From: a phage
Direction: 5' to 3' (one strand)
Sequence record: PZ583741.1
DNA: 64,000 nt
Shown: positions 10,803-19,256 of the stretch, in pieces
How positions within the stretch are numbered: the stretch's first letter is position 1
Layout of the letters: every line of letters starts with the position of its first letter
Position numbers and translations under genes: made by a program
The notes under the pieces: model-generated
Database searches by the model: none
What the model was told of the DNA's origin: nothing
Seen by the model: only the letters and a program-made list of their open reading frames with translations

Positions 10803-11875
10803 TGGAAAAGATTATTTTTACCAAAGGCTTGGTAGCCAACTCCGCAGTAGTGGCTGACCAGTGGAAACATCTGACCATCGACCGCAAGATGTTCTGCAAT
10901 GCAGAGGCTGAGCTGGCGAAAACCTACGGTGTGAACGCCACCGCGCTGGTAACGAAAGATTACTGGCGCGACGTGGATAACGTCACCACCCGCGTTTTCC
11001 GCAACGAAGCTGGTCAGGATATGATGGCTGACCTGATGGGTATCGCGGCAAACATCAATATCGGTAAGACTGTGGCAATCAGCCGCATTGCTTCCGATGC
11101 TGGTAAGGTTGTCCGCACTCTGTCCGGTCAGGAACCGGAAGATCTGGATAAAACTCGCTACGATTACACTGGCGATGTGATTCCAATCTTCAAAACTGGC
11201 TACAGCCGCGAATGGCGTGAACTGCTGGGTATGCAATCTGAAGGCTTCGACCCGCTGCTGGACGATCAGGCTAACGTCACCTTCAACCTGCGTTCCGATA
11301 TGGCGCAGTACCTGCTGACTGGCGACCAGACTCTGAACGTGAACGGCGTGTACACTGGTTACGGTATCACCAACCACCCGAACACCATTCAGGTTAACCT
11401 GAACACCGATTCCACCGGCCTGAATATCGACCTGCAAACCGCAACGCCAGATAAAATCGTGACCTTCTTCAATCAAGATTTCCAGGCCATTCTGGATGCG
11501 CAGAACGTATTTGAGCAGGTGACTCTGTGGGTTTCCCCGGCAGTGCGCCGCAGCTTCATGCGTCCGTATTCTGATGCTGCTGGCTTTAAAGGTGGCACCG
11601 TTGAGCAGTACATCACTCAGTTCGGCAATGGTCGCATCGGTAAGATTGGCACCAACTTCCTGCTGACTGGCAACCATTTCGTTGGTTACGTTCGCAACGA
11701 CATGTACATCCGTCCGCGTGTTGCTCAACCTGTTTCCACCTACGCAGCAGCCCGTACCAACCCGCACGATAACTTTAACTTTATGGTATGGGCTGCTATG
11801 GGTCTTCAGGTGCGTAAGGATGCTACCGGCAAGTCCAGAGTGTTCAACGGCTACGGCACACAAACTCCGCTGTAA
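10802..11875 (+). CDS. major capsid protein
   Basis: 357 aa, last gene of head triad, followed by strong terminator. Confidence 0.7.
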   Translation: MEKIIFTKGLVANSAVVADQWKHLTIDRKMFCNAEAELAKTYGVNATALVTKDYWRDVDNVTTRVFRNEAGQDMMADLMGIAANINIGKTVAISRIASDAGKVVRTLSGQEPEDLDKTRYDYTGDVIPIFKTGYSREWRELLGMQSEGFDPLLDDQANVTFNLRSDMAQYLLTGDQTLNVNGVYTGYGITNHPNTIQVNLNTDSTGLNIDLQTATPDKIVTFFNQDFQAILDAQNVFEQVTLWVSPAVRRSFMRPYSDAAGFKGGTVEQYITQFGNGRIGKIGTNFLLTGNHFVGYVRNDMYIRPRVAQPVSTYAAARTNPHDNFNFMVWAAMGLQVRKDATGKSRVFNGYGTQTPL

Positions 11876-11877
11876 TA

Positions 11878-11905
11878 GAAAGGGGCGAAAGCCCCTTTGT
11901 GAATT
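11878..11905 (+). terminator. rho-independent terminator
   Basis: hairpin aaaggggcgaaagcccctttg. Confidence 0.6.
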
Positions 11906-11916
11906 TGAGGTGAATA

Positions 11917-12138
11917 ATGGCTAAGTACGAAGTCATCGCACGCGGAATCTTTGTTAAAGAGAAAGGCAAGATTCGTGAATTGCAGCTTGGCGAGGTTATC
12001 ACAGAACCTGCTGAGCATCTGATATCAAAGCTGCGCGTCATGCCTGAGCTGCCAAAGACGTTTGAGGTTGCCACGCCCGCAAAAGAAGGTGACAGCAAAC
12101 AAAAACGCCGTCGTCGCGCAGGTAGCGAAGATGAATAA
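11917..12138 (+). CDS. hypothetical protein
   Basis: 73-aa ORF, GAGGTGA RBS. Confidence 0.5.
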   Translation: MAKYEVIARGIFVKEKGKIRELQLGEVITEPAEHLISKLRVMPELPKTFEVATPAKEGDSKQKRRRRAGSEDE

Positions 12139-12140
12139 AT

Positions 12141-12166
12141 AAAGCCCCTAGTCAGGGGCTTTTGAT
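12141..12166. terminator. bidirectional terminator
   Basis: hairpin agcccctagtcaggggct plus T-tract. Confidence 0.6.
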
Positions 12167-12168
12167 TG

Positions 12169-12705
12169 CTACAGACGCATAGGCATAACAACAATTTTCG
12201 CAGTCTCGCCAGATAGCGCACTAAGACAGCAAACTGCGGCATTTGTGTTTCCATTTAGTTCAAATTTGACACCACAGAATTTATGATTAAACAGCTTCGC
12301 CACTTTCTCAATATCAACAAGGTATCCAGCATTAAAGCCAATTTCCTCTGCTGCTTTCTTCTCCTTTGGTATCACGCGATCAATATCTGGGAATCGACCA
12401 TCAATCTCTTCACAGATACCAGCGCCAACCATCGTGCCAGCTTCATCATGATACGTTGCAATTTTCGACTTAGTATCAATGATGGCGTACTCATAACGTT
12501 TTGTTGGTGACTTTCCAATCTTGATAATCACATTTTCTGTCAGCTTATTGTCATGACTGCCACCAATGAATGCGCGATGACCGTCAGTTGACGCAATGCG
12601 ACCATCATTCATAAAGCAGATTCCATTCAGGTAATATCGAACGTCGTTTCGAGCCTGAAAGATTAATGCTGATTCAAGTAATAATTTGCTGATTTTTAGT
12701 TTCAT
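12169..12705 (-). CDS. truncated DNA polymerase III beta sliding clamp homologue (mini-clamp, 178 aa)
   Basis: VRYYLNG, TDGHR, DGRFPDxxRVIP, EIGFNxxY and C-terminal VVMPMRL match DnaN pocket-forming motifs (DnaN sequence recalled from memory). Confidence 0.8.
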   Translation of the reverse strand: MKLKISKLLLESALIFQARNDVRYYLNGICFMNDGRIASTDGHRAFIGGSHDNKLTENVIIKIGKSPTKRYEYAIIDTKSKIATYHDEAGTMVGAGICEEIDGRFPDIDRVIPKEKKAAEEIGFNAGYLVDIEKVAKLFNHKFCGVKFELNGNTNAAVCCLSALSGETAKIVVMPMRL

Positions 12706-12878
12706 CACTTCACCTTAATCATGTGTTGTTTTGCAACTTTCAGGCATTCTTCAAAAATGCCACCTTTCTTAGCGCTCTGATTGCGCTTGTAATACTGAAT
12801 CGCCGCATCAACTGCCATCTGGTCGATGTCTGGCAGCTTGGCGCGAAGTTGTTTTTCTATGAATGATTCTGGAGACAT
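12705..12878 (-). CDS. small hypothetical protein (57 aa)
   Basis: manual translation; stop overlaps mini-clamp start. Confidence 0.35.
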   Translation of the reverse strand: MSPESFIEKQLRAKLPDIDQMAVDAAIQYYKRNQSAKKGGIFEECLKVAKQHMIKVK

Positions 12879-13060
12879 TTAATATCCTCATCATCGAAGT
12901 GGCGTTCATTCCATCTTTCTGCCGCATCTTCGGCACCGTACTCGCTTCTCTTTTCAGTGCCACAATAACCGCATTCAACAACAAACCTGTCCTGCCAGTT
13001 ATTATCAATGAATGCCGATGGTGTATTTCCGCAAAACGGGCATATTTTTAATTTAATCAT
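12857..13060 (-). CDS. zinc-ribbon protein, Lar-like (second copy)
   Basis: CPFCG...CGYCG zinc ribbon. Confidence 0.45.
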   Translation of the reverse strand: MIKLKICPFCGNTPSAFIDNNWQDRFVVECGYCGTEKRSEYGAEDAAERWNERHFDDEDIKCLQNHS

Positions 13061-13869
13061 CACATCTTCTCCAGAATTGCCATAACCTCGTGAATGTCAG
13101 CAACAGGGATCTGAATAAATTCCTCGTCCTCAGCAACCACATGACCAGCAGGAAGAATCACGTGATCCGCTGGCTTCAATAACTCAATCAGGCGGTCTAC
13201 TGGCTTAATCTTTTTCGACTTCAGAACCTTCGCCGTGACCTTATCCTTTCCTTGTGCTTTGGCCTCTTCGACGGCCTCGTCGATAACTTTAACCGCATCA
13301 TCGCCATGCTCACGCGTTACTGCTACGGCGTTTGCATAGCTGATTTTCCCAGCACTAATGCGAGCTTTTACTTCAGCAGGCACATCACCAAGCGACAGGT
13401 GCATTTGCACGTCAGATACTGAGCGACCTACCTTCTTGGCGATTTCTTCATTCGTCCAGCCAAAGCCTTTCAGTCTCGTGTAAGCCTTTGCGCGTTCAAA
13501 CGGGTCAAGCTGCTTACCCTGACTTGATGACACCATAAAGGCGATTTTATCCGCCTCATCGCCAGTGAAATCTTTGCACTCAATACGAACGATTGGTGCG
13601 CCTCGCTCAATGGCACGCAACGCGCCGAGATAGCGATGCTGACCATCAAGAATGCGGATTCCCTTCTCGTCTGGAATAACTGTTAATGCTGGTAATGGCT
13701 GACCTGATTCCCAGCACTGCGCGAAATACTCCACATGCTGCTCGTCTGCTTCGCGGATGTTGTATCCCGGTTCCAGATAGATTTGCCCCACTGGCACGAG
13801 ATAGGTTTTGTTAACAGCGATGCCGTTGCGAGTTTCTTTGTCTGAATAGATTTTGCTTAGTGTCTTCAT
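13060..13869 (-). CDS. ParB-like nuclease domain protein
   Basis: ILDGQHRY ParB N-terminal domain signature. Confidence 0.75.
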   Translation of the reverse strand: MKTLSKIYSDKETRNGIAVNKTYLVPVGQIYLEPGYNIREADEQHVEYFAQCWESGQPLPALTVIPDEKGIRILDGQHRYLGALRAIERGAPIVRIECKDFTGDEADKIAFMVSSSQGKQLDPFERAKAYTRLKGFGWTNEEIAKKVGRSVSDVQMHLSLGDVPAEVKARISAGKISYANAVAVTREHGDDAVKVIDEAVEEAKAQGKDKVTAKVLKSKKIKPVDRLIELLKPADHVILPAGHVVAEDEEFIQIPVADIHEVMAILEKM

Positions 13870-13870
13870 A

Positions 13871-14062
13871 TCATTCACCGCTTTCTTCTAACAATTGCTC
13901 GTAATATGCGACGTATTCATTAGCCAGATGGTACAGGCGCTCAGCAGACTTGCGTTCTGCATTGCTTAAGTCATCAATAGACTCAATGTTGCCAATTGCA
14001 TCAACGCAATCGTTGAAGTCTTGCTCTGTGTTACGAAATCGACAGTAGGACATGTTTGCCAT
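13871..14062 (-). CDS. hypothetical protein
   Basis: 63-aa ORF. Confidence 0.45.
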   Translation of the reverse strand: MANMSYCRFRNTEQDFNDCVDAIGNIESIDDLSNAERKSAERLYHLANEYVAYYEQLLEESGE

Positions 14063-14064
14063 GA

Positions 14065-14325
14065 TTATTTCTCATCACCCTGAAAAATTCCGCCAAACTC
14101 TTCTACCAGTTCATCAATACATTCGTCCGCCTCAGCGCAATTTCCAGCAGCACTAAGCAGAATATCAACCGCCTCATCATCAGGAATGTTAATTGCCGAG
14201 AAAAACTCAACAATGCATATTTTCACAACCTGATATTCACCTTCTGTCTGGCAGGATGCGAAACTGCAAGCGACCGCATCAATCAGCTTGGCTTTGTCAT
14301 CGCTTGGGTTATCAATATCAAACAT
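14065..14325 (-). CDS. small acidic protein (possible DNA mimic)
   Basis: 86 aa, strongly D/E-rich, GAGGTGA RBS. Confidence 0.5.
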   Translation of the reverse strand: MFDIDNPSDDKAKLIDAVACSFASCQTEGEYQVVKICIVEFFSAINIPDDEAVDILLSAAGNCAEADECIDELVEEFGGIFQGDEK

Positions 14326-14441
14326 TCCATCACCTCTAACATTTATTGTTGTTTCTACGTCACTAACTATAAACGCCCCATCAATCTACGTCAACAGGAA
14401 TATGCTAAAATCATGCTAATCAAACAACAGGAGATTTGAGC

Positions 14442-14561
14442 ATGGGTTCAACAAACGGTCCTTCTCGTTCACGCGCTACTGGCAATACCAAAACTGGCGG
14501 CAAAACTGGCGCAGTGAAGCCAAACGGTTCCACCCGTTCACCATCGCGCGGTAAGAAATAA
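14442..14561 (+). CDS. small basic protein (39 aa)
   Basis: manual ORF; ends taATG into next gene. Confidence 0.3.
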   Translation: MGSTNGPSRSRATGNTKTGGKTGAVKPNGSTRSPSRGKK

Positions 14562-15001
14562 TGTTCGGCGCAGACATGGCCATCATGATCATGTATGTGC
14601 TGGGTTTCGCTTGCACTGGCATGGTCGCGTTTCTGGTGTTCATTCCGGCAATGGTGATGTCTGTGTATCTTGGATGGGTGCTTGTTGATTCATTTTCCGC
14701 CGAATATCTGTATTACCTTGCGCAGTCTATGGTCTGGTTGTTCCCGGCTATTGCACTGCGCAAAAGTACAAAGATGGCGCTCTGCGTGCTGACGATGAGC
14801 CTTTACGAATGGCTGGTTGCGATAGAGTCATTCGTATGGGAATTTATCACGCCTGTAGAAACGCCACTTCATGCGCAGTACGCATTTATTATTATCGGCA
14901 TCCATCTGTTCATCCTTTCCATCACTTTTAAATGGGGCGGCGAAATTGGACATTATTCTTGGCGTGGTCGCCATTGTTTTTTCGCTGATTCAAATCTATA
15001 A
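14561..15001 (+). CDS. membrane protein
   Basis: 146 aa with multiple hydrophobic helices. Confidence 0.5.
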   Translation: MFGADMAIMIMYVLGFACTGMVAFLVFIPAMVMSVYLGWVLVDSFSAEYLYYLAQSMVWLFPAIALRKSTKMALCVLTMSLYEWLVAIESFVWEFITPVETPLHAQYAFIIIGIHLFILSITFKWGGEIGHYSWRGRHCFFADSNL

Positions 15002-15033
15002 GTGCTGGAAACATATCATCAGCGAGACGCACA

Positions 15034-15318
15034 ATGAACGGAGCACTAAGGCAGGCCGCAGAGCAGATTATAAACGGAACGGCAGGACAGGTGATTGACA
15101 AGGCTGGATACGCTTCTATTGGCGCAGGCATTAGCCTGAAAGTTGCAGAGCAAACGCCTGTCACACAATCTTATTTTGAGGCTATGATTCCACACAGCCT
15201 GACAGAGTGGGCGGCAGTGGCATCAATACTTGGCGCGCTGTCTCTGGTAATAAAAAACCTCTTTGAAATGTGGTGGACGGTACGGGAGTCGAAGAAAAAT
15301 GGCAGCACCAACACCTGA
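15034..15318 (+). CDS. hypothetical protein
   Basis: 94-aa ORF. Confidence 0.4.
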   Translation: MNGALRQAAEQIINGTAGQVIDKAGYASIGAGISLKVAEQTPVTQSYFEAMIPHSLTEWAAVASILGALSLVIKNLFEMWWTVRESKKNGSTNT

Positions 15319-15694
15319 AGAATTAGTAAGCCAGATGGCATCCCGTGGAATGACTATCACCACAACGGATGCGTCTGGCATTCTGTGTCTTGTGGCATCA
15401 ATCAGTGAATGCCTTGAACTAAACTATCCAAACGATGATTGCCGACAAAATGCGATCATGCTGTGGGCTTCAATCCTGATTGGGGCTAATACCGCAGGCC
15501 GATATGTTACCAGTCAGAGTGCACCATCCGGAGCGTCGCAATCATTCGCTTATGGCAGCAAGCCGTGGGTTGCGCTGCACAATCAGATGAAACTACTGGA
15601 CACAGCCGGATGCACTAGCGATTTAGTGGAAGACCCTGACGGAAGCGGTAAACCGTGGTTTGCGGTTGTGCGTGGGAGTAAATGCAAATGTTAA
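15299..15694 (+). CDS. hypothetical protein
   Basis: ATG at 15299 in ORF 15263..15694. Confidence 0.4.
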   Translation: MAAPTPEELVSQMASRGMTITTTDASGILCLVASISECLELNYPNDDCRQNAIMLWASILIGANTAGRYVTSQSAPSGASQSFAYGSKPWVALHNQMKLLDTAGCTSDLVEDPDGSGKPWFAVVRGSKCKC

Positions 15695-15837
15695 TGACAA
15701 AAGATTTAATTGAACGACTTGGCAAATTAACAAAAGAGCCGTCATTTACCATTCCAGTATGGTGTAAAACTCGTGAGCAGCGAAGAAAATTCATGCTCGA
15801 TTGTGCGAAAGGTTTAGTGGAGCCTGATAAATCATGA
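15688..15837 (+). CDS. small hypothetical protein (49 aa)
   Basis: manual ORF bridging neighbours with overlapping start/stop. Confidence 0.3.
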   Translation: MLMTKDLIERLGKLTKEPSFTIPVWCKTREQRRKFMLDCAKGLVEPDKS

Positions 15838-16175
15838 CCTCAATCTCTCGGTTCTCCTATACGCAACCATGCACAATCTGGCACAAAAGCGGCACTGATA
15901 AATACGGCAAGCCAACATTCGGTGCACCAGTGGGCATCATGTGCGATTATGGCTTTAACGATGATGTATCGACCGATGCGAAAGGTAATGAGATTGTACA
16001 GAAGAATACTTTCTGGACAGAATACGCTGGCGCTAACGCTGGCGATTACATCATGATTGGCACGGTAACAGATGCTGACCCGCTGGCGGCTGGAGCTAAC
16101 CAGATTCTGAATGTGATTAATTATGGCAACACTTTTCAAAGAAGTGAGCCACCTGATTTTGCACTGGTGACATAA
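15834..16175 (+). CDS. putative neck / head-tail joining protein
   Basis: position between capsid and tail tube genes. Confidence 0.4.
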   Translation: MTSISRFSYTQPCTIWHKSGTDKYGKPTFGAPVGIMCDYGFNDDVSTDAKGNEIVQKNTFWTEYAGANAGDYIMIGTVTDADPLAAGANQILNVINYGNTFQRSEPPDFALVT

Positions 16176-16573
16176 TGCCAGCAAAATTAAGAGGTGTCCG
16201 CCAAGCCGTAGAAAGAACATCGCAGATTGTGGATGAGATAATCGCCACGAAAGCGGTGCGTGCTATGAAATCAGCAACATACATCATCCGCACTGAATCA
16301 GCCACGCTAACGCCAATTGATACATCGACGCTAATTAACAGCCAGTTTGATACCGTGGAAATTAGCGGAACGCGAATCACTGGCAAGGTTGGCTATTCTG
16401 CTAAATATGCTCTGTACGTCCATAACGCCAGCGGAAAACTTGCAGGTAAACCGCGCAGCAATGGTAACGGTACATACTGGTCGCCGGGCGGTGAGCCGCA
16501 ATTTTTAACCAAAGGGGCGCGGCGCACAAAAGACCTTGTCGATGGCGCGATTAAGAAGGAGATGACACTCTAA
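16175..16573 (+). CDS. putative head-tail connector (HK97 gp10-like)
   Basis: PIDTSTL motif resembling gp10-family PxDTG block. Confidence 0.45.
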   Translation: MPAKLRGVRQAVERTSQIVDEIIATKAVRAMKSATYIIRTESATLTPIDTSTLINSQFDTVEISGTRITGKVGYSAKYALYVHNASGKLAGKPRSNGNGTYWSPGGEPQFLTKGARRTKDLVDGAIKKEMTL

Positions 16574-16947
16574 TGAATATGCTTGAACTGGTTGATGCAT
16601 ATCTTCAGGATGCTGGATTGTATGATGGCTGGACTTCGCAGTTGCAGTTCTGGAATGACACCGGAGATGGCAAAGAACAATTTATTGTCCTGCAATCCAA
16701 TGGTGGCACGCAGGTAATGGATGGCCTCGGCGGTGATTTCTATTTCTCGTTATACGTTGTTGGCAAACAAGGCCAGTACAACGTTGCTGATGTTGATGCG
16801 AAAGCCAATGAGATTATCGAATACATTAAGACGCATCCGATTGATTCATGCGTTAACTACATCCAGTTGCAGGCTCCGCTCGGTAGGCCAATGCTGACGG
16901 AAGAAAAAAGACCTGTGCATGAGTTGCTTTTGCGGGTTGTTAAATAA
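16573..16947 (+). CDS. putative neck / tail completion protein
   Basis: AAGGAGA RBS; position before tail tube. Confidence 0.4.
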   Translation: MNMLELVDAYLQDAGLYDGWTSQLQFWNDTGDGKEQFIVLQSNGGTQVMDGLGGDFYFSLYVVGKQGQYNVADVDAKANEIIEYIKTHPIDSCVNYIQLQAPLGRPMLTEEKRPVHELLLRVVK

Positions 16948-16975
16948 ATAAAGCCGCACTTGGCGGCCTTATTAC
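16948..16975 (+). terminator. putative terminator
   Basis: hairpin gccgcacttggcggc. Confidence 0.4.
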
Positions 16976-17001
16976 TGGTTTAAGCATTGCCAGCGTGCTT
17001 T

Positions 17002-17067
17002 CTTAATATCCAGCCCCGTAACCCATACATACCCCTACATATGATTGCGATAATGCTGGATATTAAG
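17002..17067. repeat. 13-bp perfect inverted repeat CTTAATATCCAGC / GCTGGATATTAAG separated by 40 bp, in a ~560 bp ORF-free region
   Basis: read directly: 17002..17014 and 17055..17067. Confidence 0.6.
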
Positions 17068-17458
17068 TGTTGTGGTGGCCGGTGCTGATCTCCGGCATAA
17101 GGCGCTTATTCGGCGGCGTCGAGCTTGCTTATTCGCTTGAGCCATCCTCGTGAGTCAGCCACGTCCCACTGCGCATCAGCCTGCGCATTCACCACAACGG
17201 AAAGAGCACTGATGCGCTCACTAGGGACTCCTTAGCCATAACCAACGGGCTTCTGGTACACCAATGCTCTTACCTGTTGTGTGCCCATTATTAATCACAG
17301 CGGGCCACTGCGCCGAATTTGTTTACAAGGAATCGGAAGACCTTGCTGACTTACAGGCTATTACGCCGCTATCAGAACAACATCATCGTTTGCATTTATC
17401 TTTGTGGTCAGTTTCTAAAAAGTCCGCAAAGTCGCTCACGAAAACTATCTGAGATACA

Positions 17459-17501
17459 ATCTACACCACAAAAATAACGCTGTCAACACCTGTGATATAA
17501 T
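17459..17501 (+). promoter_or_regulatory. tail-gene promoter: ATCTACACCA - N12 - TGTCAACACC - TGaTATAAT
   Basis: extended -10 at 17493..17501; same architecture as 19179..19227. Confidence 0.45.
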
Positions 17502-17537
17502 CACCACGTTAGCAGCTAACACAATTCGGAGATCGAA

Positions 17538-18257
17538 ATGGCTATTTGTGTAAATGATAAAGGCGTTCTGGTCGGTCGCATGACCCGACTGTTCCTTGCT
17601 GAAGGATGCGGTGACGCAGTTCCGTCAGCAGAAGACTGGAGGTATTTAGGATCAACCACCAGTAAAGGCGTTGACTACTCGCCGCAGACTACCACGTCGG
17701 AAGCGGATACCGCTGGCGGTTTTGTTTCCACTCTCGTTACCAGCTCTGATATGACCATTAGTGCAGAGGTGGAAATTCGCAAAAATGACCCAAGCGATGA
17801 GTTTGGCTTCCATCGCCTGGTTGAGATTTACACCACTGAACTGAAAGCGCGTCGCCAGCCTTCATTATGGGTGCGCGAGGTGACTGGTGCGACTATCGTC
17901 ACCGCGTACTGCAACATCACCAGCATCAGCTACGAAGGCGGCACTAACGACATCGTTACTGGAAGCCTTGAGTTTAAGGTGTATGATTCTGACAGCGTTA
18001 CCGTCGAAAGCCTTGAGCCTCTGAAGTTCACTACCGACCTGCAATCAACTGGCAGCACTGGCAGCCCGTTAACTGTTGCTGTTGAAGGTGGCGTCAATCC
18101 TTACACTTACGTGTGGCGCAAAGATGGCGTAGTTGTTGGTGGTGAATCAGGCGCATCACTGGCAAGCCCTACCGATGGTGTGTACACCGTAACGGTGACT
18201 GACTCGTCTACCGACCCTGAAATCATCATCAGCAAGGCTTGCACCGTATCCCAATAA
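17538..18257 (+). CDS. major tail (tube) protein with C-terminal Ig-like domain
   Basis: 239 aa; Ig-like C-terminal region; upstream of tape measure. Confidence 0.65.
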   Translation: MAICVNDKGVLVGRMTRLFLAEGCGDAVPSAEDWRYLGSTTSKGVDYSPQTTTSEADTAGGFVSTLVTSSDMTISAEVEIRKNDPSDEFGFHRLVEIYTTELKARRQPSLWVREVTGATIVTAYCNITSISYEGGTNDIVTGSLEFKVYDSDSVTVESLEPLKFTTDLQSTGSTGSPLTVAVEGGVNPYTYVWRKDGVVVGGESGASLASPTDGVYTVTVTDSSTDPEIIISKACTVSQ

Positions 18258-18290
18258 AGAAAAAGCCCCGAAAGGGGCTTTGTTTTATTC
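18258..18290. terminator. bidirectional terminator
   Basis: hairpin agccccgaaaggggct plus T-tract. Confidence 0.6.
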
Positions 18291-18482
18291 TGCTGGTGGT
18301 TCTGGCAGTGGCATCCAGTGGGTTATATCATCAGGACATACTGTTCGATAGCCACCATCCACCCAACTATCCCAATACCCATCACAATCTAACCACATCA
18401 CCTCTACATAAATTCCATCTGTAACAAGGACATCTAGAAAGTCATCCGGCATCCGCTCGCTACACTTAATCCACTGGCTCAT
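18285..18482 (-). CDS. DUF551-like phage protein
   Basis: C-terminal WMPLPEPP motif. Confidence 0.45.
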   Translation of the reverse strand: MSQWIKCSERMPDDFLDVLVTDGIYVEVMWLDCDGYWDSWVDGGYRTVCPDDITHWMPLPEPPAE

Positions 18483-18622
18483 ATCACCTTATCCTCATCA
18501 AAAATCACACCAATCACACGAAGCAAGTCTTTCGCCATGCGTTCAGCTTCTTCGTAATCATAACCTGCATCGACATACAGTTCAGTATAGAAAATCAGGT
18601 CAACTTTTGTTTGCTCGTTCAT
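18479..18622 (-). CDS. small hypothetical protein (47 aa)
   Basis: manual ORF filling gap in minus-strand island. Confidence 0.25.
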   Translation of the reverse strand: MNEQTKVDLIFYTELYVDAGYDYEEAERMAKDLLRVIGVIFDEDKVI

Positions 18623-18813
18623 TTCTTGTCGCCACTATTAACTAATGCCCAAACAAGTGCCGCAACCCATCCAATAAAGCTCCATCCGACAAGAATATTC
18701 AGAACACAGATTGCAGTCGTATTTACGTGCTTGCGTTGCAGAGCCACAAAAGATGGCAGAAGGTACGCAAATATCACCAAACCAACGAAAAACAACAAAA
18801 TAACAACGTCCAT
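18619..18813 (-). CDS. small two-helix membrane protein, superinfection-immunity-like
   Basis: LGWSFIGWVAALVWAL GW-rich TM pattern; GAGGT RBS. Confidence 0.4.
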   Translation of the reverse strand: MDVVILLFFVGLVIFAYLLPSFVALQRKHVNTTAICVLNILVGWSFIGWVAALVWALVNSGDKK

Positions 18814-18845
18814 AGCTAACCTCAATTGTTAATAACTTGTTTATA

Positions 18846-19139
18846 TTACATGCCATTCTTTTCGCACAAAGCAACAGATACATCACGCAACTGCTCTTTG
18901 GTCATATCCTTGCGCGCATAAACCATTTCTACGATAGCAAGTCCGATTATTTCTGCTGATTCGTTGTTTTTTGTGGAACCATTAACTACCACCTCGGCAA
19001 GATTCTTGCTGATACCGTTATCGCGAGCATCGGCAGTGTTTAATGCGATGTCGCCAATGTTCTTGCACACCTCGGAAGTTGCTACAGCAGAGAAAGAGGA
19101 AACCAATAGTGCAGATGCGATCAACATTTTAATTTTCAT
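18846..19139 (-). CDS. secreted protein with signal peptide (exclusion candidate)
   Basis: N-terminal MKIKMLIASALLVSSFSAVA signal-like; GAGGTGAG RBS. Confidence 0.5.
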   Translation of the reverse strand: MKIKMLIASALLVSSFSAVATSEVCKNIGDIALNTADARDNGISKNLAEVVVNGSTKNNESAEIIGLAIVEMVYARKDMTKEQLRDVSVALCEKNGM

Positions 19140-19178
19140 AACTCACCTCATTTATTCATATCTCGTTTCGATGACTTG

Positions 19179-19227
19179 AATCTACATCACCACCTCGCAG
19201 GTGTCAACACCACTGAGATGATATAAT
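19179..19227 (+). promoter_or_regulatory. tail-gene promoter: ATCTACATCA - N12 - GTCAACACC - TGaTATAAT
   Basis: extended -10 at 19219..19227. Confidence 0.45.
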
Positions 19228-19256
19228 CAACATCAGTCAAATTCAGGATGCAAAAC

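Noticed and set aside
10721-11863. 380-aa minus-strand ORF
   Set aside because: Lies entirely antisense to the major capsid gene, has low-complexity His/Val-rich composition and no RBS; shadow ORF.
17264-17452. 62-aa plus-strand ORF in the ORF-free region
   Set aside because: No RBS, atypical composition, overlaps inverted repeats and promoter elements; region treated as non-coding.
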